From Syntrophales bacterium (GTDB lineage Bacteria; Desulfobacterota; Syntrophia; Syntrophales; UBA2210), in the NCBI GenBank assembly GCA_963662405.2, contig CAXXKT010000002.1, forward strand, positions 381,675 to 445,674: DNA of 64,000 nucleotides, in the 5' to 3' direction. The notes beneath the pieces were generated by a model, which ran no database searches, had not been told where the DNA came from, and saw only the letters and a program-made list of their open reading frames with translations. How positions within the stretch are numbered: the stretch's first letter is position 1; each line of letters starts with the position of its first letter. This document shows, piece by piece, positions 20,061 through 29,194 of the stretch. The position numbers and the translations under genes were made by a program.

Positions 20061-20557
20061 CGTAGCATCCTTTATGAAAACAATTTTAACAAGTAATATA
20101 CATGGATTTTGTGAGCTTTCCCCCTTCCAACAAAGGCACCATTACTTATTCCCAAAGCCGGATCTAGTGTCTATCATATTTACCCCACGGTCAGGTATTC
20201 AAAAGTACATACGATATTCTCAGTCCGTCAAACCGGTAACTTATTAACCCCATGGCGGAGCATGTCAAGGAATAATCACTTGGTGGTGGGCAACGGAAGA
20301 CGGCAACTCATTTTTGTTTGTCTCTTCCTGTACTAGATAAAATGGAGATCGATATGGGTTTCACACTTCAAATACAAAGCTTCAGTGGGGCTGATCAGTC
20401 TAGATCATTGAATGCGGGATGAAAGGTGCGTTTTTAGGAGGGCCATTTTTCTGATGATCGGGGCTGTTTGTAACTTCCTGAAATCACTAAGACGTCAGTT
20501 TTGATAAAAATGCATCCTTTTAAACGGTAAGCAGCGTTTGATTGACTATATCCCACG

Positions 20558-20586
20558 TTGACATTTCAACAGTTATCATGTAAATT
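20558..20586 (+). promoter_or_regulatory. Putative sigma70 promoter of the PAS/HD-GYP gene
   Basis: TTGACA-17 nt-TAAATT. Confidence 0.5.
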
Positions 20587-20793
20587 TTACAGAGTTTTTT
20601 CATATCAGCTTGGCTATTTTTGTTTTCGGATCATCCCTTTTGCTACAACGTTAGGGGTAATATGCGAAATTCATCCAGAATAAATCAAGACCCATATTAT
20701 TTTACCACAGCGGCGATTTATCAGGAGTAAATAGGACTTCTGCACATTTGTGCAGACTGTCCGTTTCCTATCCAGATTTTAGCAGGTGACCTT

Positions 20794-22989
20794 ATGAAGG
20801 ATGCCAATAAGATAAAGAGTCGTCTCGTACATGAACTGAGTGAATTGCGGTTACAAAAGGGCGAGGAGATATCGGCCAGGCTTGTTGCCGAGGAGGCTCT
20901 TCGCTATGTCGAAAGCATCGTGGAAACTGTTCGAGAGCCCCTTCTGGTTCTGAATGCGGATCTGAAGATAATCTCGACGAACCGTAATTTTTACAAAACA
21001 TTTGAAGTAACTCCTGGTGAAACAATTGGGAATTTCATCTTTGACCTTGGAAACAAACAATGGGACATCCCCAAACTTCGTGAGATTCTCGAAGAAATCC
21101 TTCAGGAAAAACAAGAGTTCCATAATTTCGAGGTTACCCACGATTTCCAAGTCATCGGTCATAAAACCATGCTGCTCAATGCCCGCCAGATATATCGGAA
21201 AGAGGTCGGCCCAAAGATGATCCTTGTCGCCATTGAGGACATCACCGAGCGCAAACGAGAGAAATACCTATTAATGGAGGCTGAAGAGCTTTACCGGCGT
21301 GTCTTTGAGACCGCAAGCGACGGGATACTGCTTTTTGAAAAGAGCTTAGGGAAGATTACCCACGCCAACCCAGCCACCAAAAGGATGTTGGGCTATACCG
21401 CAGATGAGATCATCGGGAATAAGCTTCCGGACATCGGTGTTGTGCTCGACGCAAGTGATTTCCAAACGACAATGAAAGATTTAAATGAAAAAGGCATTAT
21501 TCAATACAATGATGTCCCGGTAAGAACCAAATCCGAGCAGTATATCAGTACTGATATATGCCTTGTCGACAGGGCAAAGGTGGTACAATGCAATATTCGC
21601 GATATTGCCGATCGCAAGAAGGCGGAGGCTGAAATTGAGGAAAGCGAAGAACGGTTTCGTGTCATTTTCGAACGCACCACTATCGGCAAGTCTCTGACGA
21701 AGCCGGATGGAAGTCTCCTGCAGGTGAACAGGGCCTTTGCCGACATGCTGGGTTATAGTATCGAGAAACTCCAACAATTCAATTTCGAGCACATCACCCA
21801 TCCGGACGACGTAGCGGAAAGCCAGGAATATATCCGTTCCCTCGTAGCCGGTGAGCAGACCGATTGTCGATTTGAAAAGCGATACCTCCACAAAAACGGC
21901 GATACCGTCTGGGCAGATGTCAGCACCACGTTACAGCGTAATGCGCAAGGAATCCCCCTTTACCTTATTACCAGTATCGTGGATATCACCGAGCGCAAGC
22001 GGGTGGAGGAGGCTTTAAGGGAAAGCGAATTGCTTTTCAGAAAAGTATTTGAAGACCATGCAGCAGTTAAGATGATCTTAGATCCGGATACTGGGGATAT
22101 CCTTGATGTCAACAGGGCAGCGGTGAAATTTTATGGATGGTCGCGTGTACAACTCACGCAGATGAAGATTCAAGAGATCAACACCCTTTCGCCTGAAGAG
22201 ATCAAAAAGGAGATGGAGGAGGCCAGAAGCAATAAAAAAGTGCATTTCGAGTTTCGCCACAGGCGGGCCGACGGCTCAGTTCGAGATGTGGGGGCGTTCA
22301 GCAGCAAAATCAAAGTCAATAACAAGGATCTCCTTCATTCCATCATTTTTGACATCTCTGTTCGCAAACAGGCGGAGAAGGACCTCGTCAATACCCTCGA
22401 GCTTCTCAGGCATGCCGTCAACGCTACTATTCAGGTCATAGTATCCACGGTTGAAGCCAGAGACCCCTATACTGCCAATCACCAGCTCCGCGTTGCGATC
22501 CTTGCCCGTGCTATCGCCACAGAGATGAAGCTTCCCCAAAACATGATTGAAGGTTTCTATATAGTCGGTTCCATTCATGATCTCGGAAAACTATCCGTTC
22601 CCGCAGAGATATTGTCCAAACCAGGAAAGCTGACGGAGACCGAGTTTTCCCTGATCAAGGAACATGCCCAGAAAGGCTACGACATCCTGAAGAATGTGGA
22701 ATCTTCCTGGCCGCTGGCGGAGATCGTCTACCAGCACCATGAACGGATGGACGGTTCGGGCTATCCGAGAAACCTGAAGGGGGATGAGATCCTCCTGGAG
22801 GCCCGTATCCTGGCCGTCTGTGACGTGGTCGAATCGATGGCCTCCCACCGTCCCTACCGCGCCGCCCTGGGTATCGACGCGGCCCTGAAAGAGATCGAGG
22901 ACAACCGGGGGGTTCTGTACGACGCGGATGCGGTGGACGCCTGCCTGAGATTATTTCGGGAGAAAGGTTTTACATTAGAAAAGACTTGA
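20794..22989 (+). CDS. Multi-PAS HD-GYP c-di-GMP phosphodiesterase
   Basis: Four PAS/PAC blocks ending DIT/DIA/DIS..K; RDPYT, HDLGK, HHERMDGSGYP. Confidence 0.92.
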   Translation: MKDANKIKSRLVHELSELRLQKGEEISARLVAEEALRYVESIVETVREPLLVLNADLKIISTNRNFYKTFEVTPGETIGNFIFDLGNKQWDIPKLREILEEILQEKQEFHNFEVTHDFQVIGHKTMLLNARQIYRKEVGPKMILVAIEDITERKREKYLLMEAEELYRRVFETASDGILLFEKSLGKITHANPATKRMLGYTADEIIGNKLPDIGVVLDASDFQTTMKDLNEKGIIQYNDVPVRTKSEQYISTDICLVDRAKVVQCNIRDIADRKKAEAEIEESEERFRVIFERTTIGKSLTKPDGSLLQVNRAFADMLGYSIEKLQQFNFEHITHPDDVAESQEYIRSLVAGEQTDCRFEKRYLHKNGDTVWADVSTTLQRNAQGIPLYLITSIVDITERKRVEEALRESELLFRKVFEDHAAVKMILDPDTGDILDVNRAAVKFYGWSRVQLTQMKIQEINTLSPEEIKKEMEEARSNKKVHFEFRHRRADGSVRDVGAFSSKIKVNNKDLLHSIIFDISVRKQAEKDLVNTLELLRHAVNATIQVIVSTVEARDPYTANHQLRVAILARAIATEMKLPQNMIEGFYIVGSIHDLGKLSVPAEILSKPGKLTETEFSLIKEHAQKGYDILKNVESSWPLAEIVYQHHERMDGSGYPRNLKGDEILLEARILAVCDVVESMASHRPYRAALGIDAALKEIEDNRGVLYDADAVDACLRLFREKGFTLEKT

Positions 22990-23112
22990 TTATAAGTGGT
23001 AATGCTTACTTCAATTCCAAACCGAAAGGTATGGACTTGTAGGTGCTTTTGAGACGGGTTGTATCTCATTAATTCTTCCTGCCTTTATCCCTCACAATGT
23101 CTTATAACCTCC

Positions 23113-24039
23113 AAACCCCAAAGACCTCGCAAAGAAACGTTATGGAGGTGTTCCATGATAACGAAAGAAGCAATAACTCTGTTCAAATATTATCTTCAAT
23201 CGAACCATAAACAGAGAACCATCGAAAGTTATGCTCTCCTTCTTGAGAGGTTCGAGGCACAGTACTCGGACAGAGCTATAGAAGGCATCAGTCCCGATGA
23301 GATTTTTCATTTCCTGGAAGATCTCACGAAGAATCTGGCCAGATCAACACGCAGATTGCGCTATGCCCAGTTGAAAGCATTTTACAACTTCATCATCGAC
23401 CGCTGTTCCTTGAATATGAAGAATCCCTGTAATGCATCGTTGCTGAGCAAGTCATTCAAGGCGCCCAAACAGCTCCCCCGCAAGATACTGGATCGAGAAA
23501 CCGTGGATGAAATGATCTACAGAACAAAGAGCCGACGGGATCGTTTGATTGTAGAGCTTCAAGCACGATGTGGGTTGAGAATAGGTGAATTGCTTAATAT
23601 CAGGGTGTCAGATGTCTCAGATAGAACCATTACCCTCAGGGAACCCAAATCAGGGAAAGAGGCGGAGATAGCATACATGCCTGAGAATGTATCGAGAAAG
23701 CTGGCTGAATACATCACTCAGCACGCCTTGCACGGAGAAGATCGGGTGTTTCCCATGTGCTATTCAACAGCACGATCTCTTATCAGAGGGCTGGGAGCGA
23801 AACTGAATGTCCAGGTATCGCCACATGATCTCCGGAGATATTCAGCCACGTATGCAAGCAGAAATGGTATTCCCTTGGAAGTAATATCAAAGGTAATCTT
23901 GAGACATCAGGATTTGAAGACAACCCAGGTCTATCTCGGTAAGATATCAGACCAAGAGGCAATCCGGTGGATGGACATTCTCCACGGGAAATAGGATTGC
24001 TTGAACATTACCCCTTAAAACAAAGAGGTCTTTGGGTTT
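23113..24039. repeat. Inverted repeat pair flanking the recombinase gene
   Basis: AAACCCCAAAGACCTC (23113-23128) and GAGGTCTTTGGGTTT (24025-24039): 12-bp perfect core, 15 matches with one gap. Confidence 0.75.
23155..23994 (+). CDS. Tyrosine recombinase (XerC/D-like site-specific integrase)
   Basis: RBS GGAGGTG; catalytic R (GLRIGE), K (PKSG), HDLRR, LRH, Y (TQVYL); SAM-like N-domain. Confidence 0.92.
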   Translation: MITKEAITLFKYYLQSNHKQRTIESYALLLERFEAQYSDRAIEGISPDEIFHFLEDLTKNLARSTRRLRYAQLKAFYNFIIDRCSLNMKNPCNASLLSKSFKAPKQLPRKILDRETVDEMIYRTKSRRDRLIVELQARCGLRIGELLNIRVSDVSDRTITLREPKSGKEAEIAYMPENVSRKLAEYITQHALHGEDRVFPMCYSTARSLIRGLGAKLNVQVSPHDLRRYSATYASRNGIPLEVISKVILRHQDLKTTQVYLGKISDQEAIRWMDILHGK

Positions 24040-24220
24040 ACTCTGTACAACGATGATATGGCTACCACGATGGGCTGAACTCAAAGGTTATTATGTTGCT
24101 TCCTCCTGAAACAAATAAACCTTACATTGGATTGTTTGTTGTAAATTACGATTGGCAATCAGCAACAAGAGTCAATGGCAACCGTGATCCCAGTATGTAC
24201 TTGTCAATAATTAAGTATTG

Positions 24221-25492
24221 TGAACCTTCCCCAGTTTAACGGACACTTCAAAAAGTATCCGGATGCGTATACAATGGAGAAGAAAGGAGTGTCCGATGAG
24301 AGGGAAGCGACAGGCATTTAGCCGGGAGTTTAAGCTTGAAGCAGTGCGATTGATGGACGAGGGGAAAAAGCCACCTGCTGAACTGGCCCGTGAGTTGGGG
24401 ATACGAAGGAACCAGTTGTATAAGTGGAAAGAGACGGTGGATAGAGCGGGTGGCGGTGCGTTTCCCGGATCCGGACGACGCCCAGCAAGCGGGACCGCAG
24501 CGGACGAGACCCGTCGATTACGGCATGAGTTAGCCAAAGTAAAGGAAGAGAATGAAATCTTAAAAAAAGCCGCAGCGTTCTTTGCGCGCGAGTTGAAGTA
24601 AAGTATCAGTTTATTCGGTCGCAGAGAACGCATTTCAGTGTGGCGGTGATGTGTCGGGTTCTGGAGGTATCCCGGAGTGGCTATTATGGTTGGTTGGGTC
24701 GTCCGGAGAGTTTACGAACAAAGCGACACCGGGATTTGCTGGTGAAGATAAGGCGGGCGCATATAGCCAGCAGGAAGATATACGGCTCGCCACGGATTCA
24801 TGGGGAGTTGGTTGATCAAGGCGAAAGAGTCGGTAGAAACACCGTGGCTTTTTTGATGCGCAAAGCCGATATTCAATCGAAGGTTCATAAGCGCTTTGTC
24901 GTTACAACCGATTCAAGGAGGACGAAAAGACCGGCTGAGAACATACTGGGAAGGATATTTTCTTCAGAGAAGCCGAATCAGAAGTGGGTATCCGATGTGA
25001 CCTTTAGACCCACTCGCAAAGGCTGGTTGTATGTGTCAGCGATTATGGATCTGTATTCCCGAATGATTGTAGGTTGGTCGATGGGAGACAGAAATAGTGC
25101 ACAACTCGCCGTAGACGCATTAAAGATGGCGGCTGCTCATCGGGGAGATATCCAGGGGGTGCTTTTACATTCCGATCAGGGTGCGCAATATGCTTCGACA
25201 TCGTATCAGTACCTACTGAACAATTTGGGTGTCATCTGCAGTATGAGCCGGAGAGGCAACTGTTGGGATAACGCACCGATGGAAAGTTTCTTTCATTCTT
25301 TGAAGACCGAGTGGGTTGGTTTTGAGGATTACAAAACACGATCGGAAGCTAGAACGAGCCTTTTTGATTATATTGAGCTGTTTTATAATCGCACGCGCAG
25401 ACATTCTGCGTTAAAGTACAGAAGCCCCCTGGCATTTGAAAACGCCGGGGTTGTCCCCTAACCTAGGTGTCCGTTTTTCTGGGGGAAGATCA
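24221..25492 (+). mobile_element. IS3-family insertion sequence
   Basis: TG...CA ends; IRL TGAACCTTCCCCAGTTTAACGGACAC vs IRR (reverse complement) TGATCTTCCCCCAGAAAAACGGACAC, 20/26 match; orfA/orfB layout. Confidence 0.95.
24296..25461 (+). CDS. IS3 transposase OrfAB (programmed -1 frameshift); OrfA is 24296-24601
   Basis: OrfA HTH (FSREFKLEAV...LKKAAAFF); A7G slippery site at 24562-24569; DDE core WVSDVT / HSDQG / DNAPMESFF. Confidence 0.93.
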
Positions 25493-25657
25493 AGCTGTCC
25501 CCAGATTTCCCCAGATTTCACCTATAGAATCAATAGGCAAATCAGAATATAGTACGTAGAGCTTCCTGTAAACAAGCAGATCTTGCGTGAGCTTTTTTGT
25601 TACAGCTTTCTTTTTGTAATCAATAAAAAAGAGAGGGGCAAGGGCACACACAACCCT

Positions 25658-26794
25658 TTATGACGCCTCTTTATTTCTTTTTGATACCCTATAGCTTGAT
25701 GCTTGGCAGTTCATCGGTCCATGAATTTTTCCGTTATCCTCTAAGACAGGATCAATAAGCACCAATTGATTTTCTTTTCTGAATGCATCGATTAATCCCA
25801 CAAGTGGTGGGCTCTCTCTCCGACCAAAGGCAAGGCTTTGTTTTTTACACTTTTCTATGCATTCTCCGCACGCGATACACTCGGTACTGCTGTATGGCTG
25901 TCCTTTATCAGTAGCCTGCATTTTACACGCTGAGACACAGCGACCACAGCCATTACACGAATTATCTTTGCTTATCAGCGAAGCCTTCGGGAGTTTACTG
26001 ATCAATCCGGTTAAAAGACCCACCGGGCACACGGAACGGCAGAAGGGACGATAGATGAAGAGTGAAGCGATAATCAATATACCCAGGAGCACCCATGAGA
26101 TCGTGCTGGATGACAGCATGTTGAAGGCTGTTTTAAACGGATCGATATGACAGAACACGTTCTCCTTCGTGACGATAAGCTGTGTCATCAGGGCGAAGAA
26201 GATAACATATCGGACCCTGTACATGATTTTCTGTGTTCTTGGACTTTTTAAAAACTGGATCTTGTTGGTCTTGAAGATGAATTCCTGAAAAGCCCCCAGA
26301 TGGCATATCCATCCACACCATATCCGTCCAAAGAAATAGACCGATAGGAGTACAACCAGAAACCACAACACGTTGACGACTTTGACTTCCATCCCCATCC
26401 CCAGGAGAACCAGATTCTGGAAACCCGAAATAATACAGGGGCAACCCCCGTTATAGAACCCGAAATAAACGAGGGAGGCCAACAGAAAAAGATGCCGTGT
26501 GAAACGAAGTCTTTCGTGCCTTACCGCTAGAGCGGCCAGGAATATTCCCACAACAGAAATCAGGGGGACCATGAAGGATCCCGGTTTTTTCCCATCCCCA
26601 TTCAGACTTTCCAGCCCCGTTGAGAATTCGGTCTTTTGCAGCAGCTGGAAGTTCGCTGAATCAAGCGGCAAGAATGCCGGTTCGCTATCTGCTCCAGGGC
26701 TTGTTGCCGGAACAAGCAAGAGGAACAGAAATACCAAAAGGACCGCATAATATCCCCCTGATTTTATATGTGTTTTATTCATAGCTCTCATCAT
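25658..26794 (-). CDS. Membrane polyferredoxin (4Fe-4S binding, NapH/YccM-like)
   Basis: TM helices; GRIWCGWICHLG, RPFCRSVCP, CxxCxxCxxxC twice; start uncertain. Confidence 0.85.
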   Translation of the reverse strand: MMRAMNKTHIKSGGYYAVLLVFLFLLLVPATSPGADSEPAFLPLDSANFQLLQKTEFSTGLESLNGDGKKPGSFMVPLISVVGIFLAALAVRHERLRFTRHLFLLASLVYFGFYNGGCPCIISGFQNLVLLGMGMEVKVVNVLWFLVVLLSVYFFGRIWCGWICHLGAFQEFIFKTNKIQFLKSPRTQKIMYRVRYVIFFALMTQLIVTKENVFCHIDPFKTAFNMLSSSTISWVLLGILIIASLFIYRPFCRSVCPVGLLTGLISKLPKASLISKDNSCNGCGRCVSACKMQATDKGQPYSSTECIACGECIEKCKKQSLAFGRRESPPLVGLIDAFRKENQLVLIDPVLEDNGKIHGPMNCQASSYRVSKRNKEAS

Positions 26795-26828
26795 ACGTTG
26801 CTGTCACTCACTACCGGGCATCTTCGGT

Positions 26829-27046
26829 TTACACAGTTGAATCCACAACAATTTTCAGTGAATTGTATCCGCCTTCCTTGTCGCATGTCCTCAGCACATG
26901 AAAAACGGAGGCCCCGCTTTCCGAGTCGATAATTTTCACCTTGACCAAGCGTTCAAAGTAGTTGGCAGATTTTTCCTCCCAATTTGTCGCCCCTATGACC
27001 TCCATATTTTCCACCTTGTATGTGGTGGCATCGATGCCTTCGGGGC
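26829..27046 (-). pseudogene. Probable 3' remnant of an unknown gene upstream of the polyferredoxin
   Basis: Open protein-like frame (CPEGIDATTYKVEN...KIVVDSTV*) abutting the point where pilB similarity ends. Confidence 0.4.
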
Positions 27047-28120
27047 AGTTCCGGTGAGATAGGCATGACCTCGTAGATGGCAATCCGTCCCTTGAAGCCC
27101 GTACCGTTGCATACCTCGCACCCTTCCCCGCGCATGAAACGGGCGCCGTCCAGGTCGAACCCTTTATTGCGGAGGATACCGAGTTCCAGGTCCGTCGGGA
27201 TGGTTTTCACCCGGCATTTTGTGCAATTTTTTCGAACCAGCTGCTGCGCGACAATCAGATTCAGCGAAGAGGCAATAATGTAAGGTTCGATGCCGATGTT
27301 GAGCAGCCTCGTGATTGTTTCGGGGGCGCTGTTGGTATGGAGGGTGCTCAGGACGAGGTGGCCGGTCAGGGCCGCCTTGAAGGCGATCTCCGCCGTTTCA
27401 TAATCCCTGATTTCCCCGACCATGATGATGTCGGGGTCCTGCCTCAAAAACGACCTGAGGGCGCGGGGAAAATCCAGGCCTATCTTGGTAATCATCTGAA
27501 ACTGGTCAATACCTTTCAAGTTGTATTCGATAGGGTCCTCGGCGGTGGAGATATTGAGGGTTCCGTCATTGAGCTTGCGCAGAATGGAATAGAGCGTCGT
27601 TGTCTTCCCGCTCCCCGTGGGCCCGGTCGCCAGGATCATCCCTTTGGTCTTGTAGATACTCGACAGGATGATCGACAAATCAGCTTTGCTGAAGCCCAGT
27701 TTGTTCAAATCCCATAACAGGTTGGAATCATCCAGAAGCCGCGGGACGATCTTTTCGCCAAAGATTCCCGGAAATGTGGAAACACGGAAATCGATGTATT
27801 TCCCTTCCCACCGCACCTTGAACCTGCCGTCCTGGGGGAGTCGTTTTTCGGAGATGTCCAGACCCGACATGATCTTGATCCGCGAAGACAGGCCCTTGGC
27901 ATAGCTTTTCGAGGGGGTCAGCACGGGGATCAGGCTCCCATCAATCCGGAGGCGGATCCGCAATTCGTTTTCATACGGTTCGATATGGATATCGCTGACG
28001 TTCTGTTTGATGGCTTCGTTCAGGATGACGTTGGCCAGCTTGATGATCGGCGTGTCCGAATCTTTGAGCTCCTCGGAATATACGGCGGCTTTTCGGCCTT
28101 CCTCGATGAGAATGGGGTCC
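27047..28120 (-). pseudogene. pilB: Internal fragment of a PilB/GspE secretion ATPase
   Basis: PIIKLANVIL..AI...SDIHIEP, GPTGSGKTTT, EDPIEY, DPDIIMVGEIRD, TGHLVLSTLH, CxxC..CxxC. N-terminal domain, start codon and normal C-terminus are absent; ends approximate. Confidence 0.85.
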
Positions 28121-28187
28121 TGAGAAGTTGGCAGGGTTCTGCAGTAACTTTGTTTGGCGTGGCGAACGCAGTTGAGAGGAGAAAGAG

Positions 28188-28472
28188 ATGAAGGCGATAA
28201 GACGATTTCGGGGAATCAGGTATTTCCTGGCCGGGGCGCTTAGTGCATCAATTCTGATACTCGGGTTTATCAGCATTCAAAACGCCATCGCGGATCAATA
28301 TGCCTGTATCCGCACGGATCTTGATGCCCAGGGCATGACCGAGAATATCCCCGATCTCGAATTTACGACCACCTATGACATTCCCCAGTGCTATGCAAAC
28401 AACAATTATGCCGCACAAAGGGTTTACATGTACGGGGACCAGGTTGCTGCCCACTATGCAAAAGTTGATTAA
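28188..28472 (+). CDS. Hypothetical secreted protein, paralog 2
   Basis: RBS GAGGAG; signal peptide ending AIA|DQY; 41/55 identical to paralog 1 over the mature core. Confidence 0.85.
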   Translation: MKAIRRFRGIRYFLAGALSASILILGFISIQNAIADQYACIRTDLDAQGMTENIPDLEFTTTYDIPQCYANNNYAAQRVYMYGDQVAAHYAKVD

Positions 28473-28610
28473 CCCAGATGCCGCCGCAGATTGTAGATGC
28501 AATACCGGTTCATCTGAGAGAAAATCAAGATACGTGAAGGGAACAGACCGCTCATTGCATCGGCCACGGGATGAAATGAGGCGTTATGTTTCCATAACAA
28601 AACACAACAT

Positions 28611-28943
28611 TTATCTGATCTTTTCCGGTGAGCGCCGTTCAGGGACATAGGAACGGGGTATCTTTTCTTCAAGCCATTCCCTGGAGACGTAGAGATTGCA
28701 GTAGCAGCTGCCGTATTCCTTCACGTCTTGTTCCCGGTAGACACAGGGACAGATGATGTCTTTGTCGCTCTCCCGATCGCCTGAGGCGAGCCGGCAGGGA
28801 CAGGTCATGTAGCCGTACCGGCTTTTATTAGCAATGAGGGCCTCAATCAGATCGAGGGTGCGCTCCCTGTCGCTGTTGAAATAGTACCCCTTCGGTTCCT
28901 GAACCTTTCTCAGCATCTCATAGAGTCGCTCCGTTTCAGTCAT
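28611..28943 (-). CDS. Ferredoxin:thioredoxin reductase catalytic subunit-like protein
   Basis: CPCR...ICPC...GSCYC.LY motifs; start MTETE overlaps the glutaredoxin stop. Confidence 0.92.
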   Translation of the reverse strand: MTETERLYEMLRKVQEPKGYYFNSDRERTLDLIEALIANKSRYGYMTCPCRLASGDRESDKDIICPCVYREQDVKEYGSCYCNLYVSREWLEEKIPRSYVPERRSPEKIR

Positions 28944-29194
28944 AACCCCAGGGCCTCCCGTATCTGTTCTTCCCTGAACCCCACGATGATCGTATCGCCG
29001 ATGATAATCGTGGGGAAGGAACAATCGGGGTTGATCCCCCTGAGCTCCTCAATCGCCGCCTGCCGCTCCTCCCCCTTCAACAGATCCACATCGGTACAGT
29101 CATACACAATTCCACAATCACCCAGAAACCGTTTCGCGGCCTTGCAGTGGCTACAGGTACTCAGTGTGTACAGTTTGACACCCTTTTCAGGCAT
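28940..29194 (-). CDS. Glutaredoxin/NrdH-like redoxin
   Basis: LYTLSTCSHC, SFPTIII, VGF. Confidence 0.9.
   Translation of the reverse strand: MPEKGVKLYTLSTCSHCKAAKRFLGDCGIVYDCTDVDLLKGEERQAAIEELRGINPDCSFPTIIIGDTIIVGFREEQIREALGL

Noticed and set aside
24075..24101. TTATGTTG resembling the XerD arm of a dif site downstream of the recombinase
   Set aside because: Left arm does not fit and the right arm is only a partial match.
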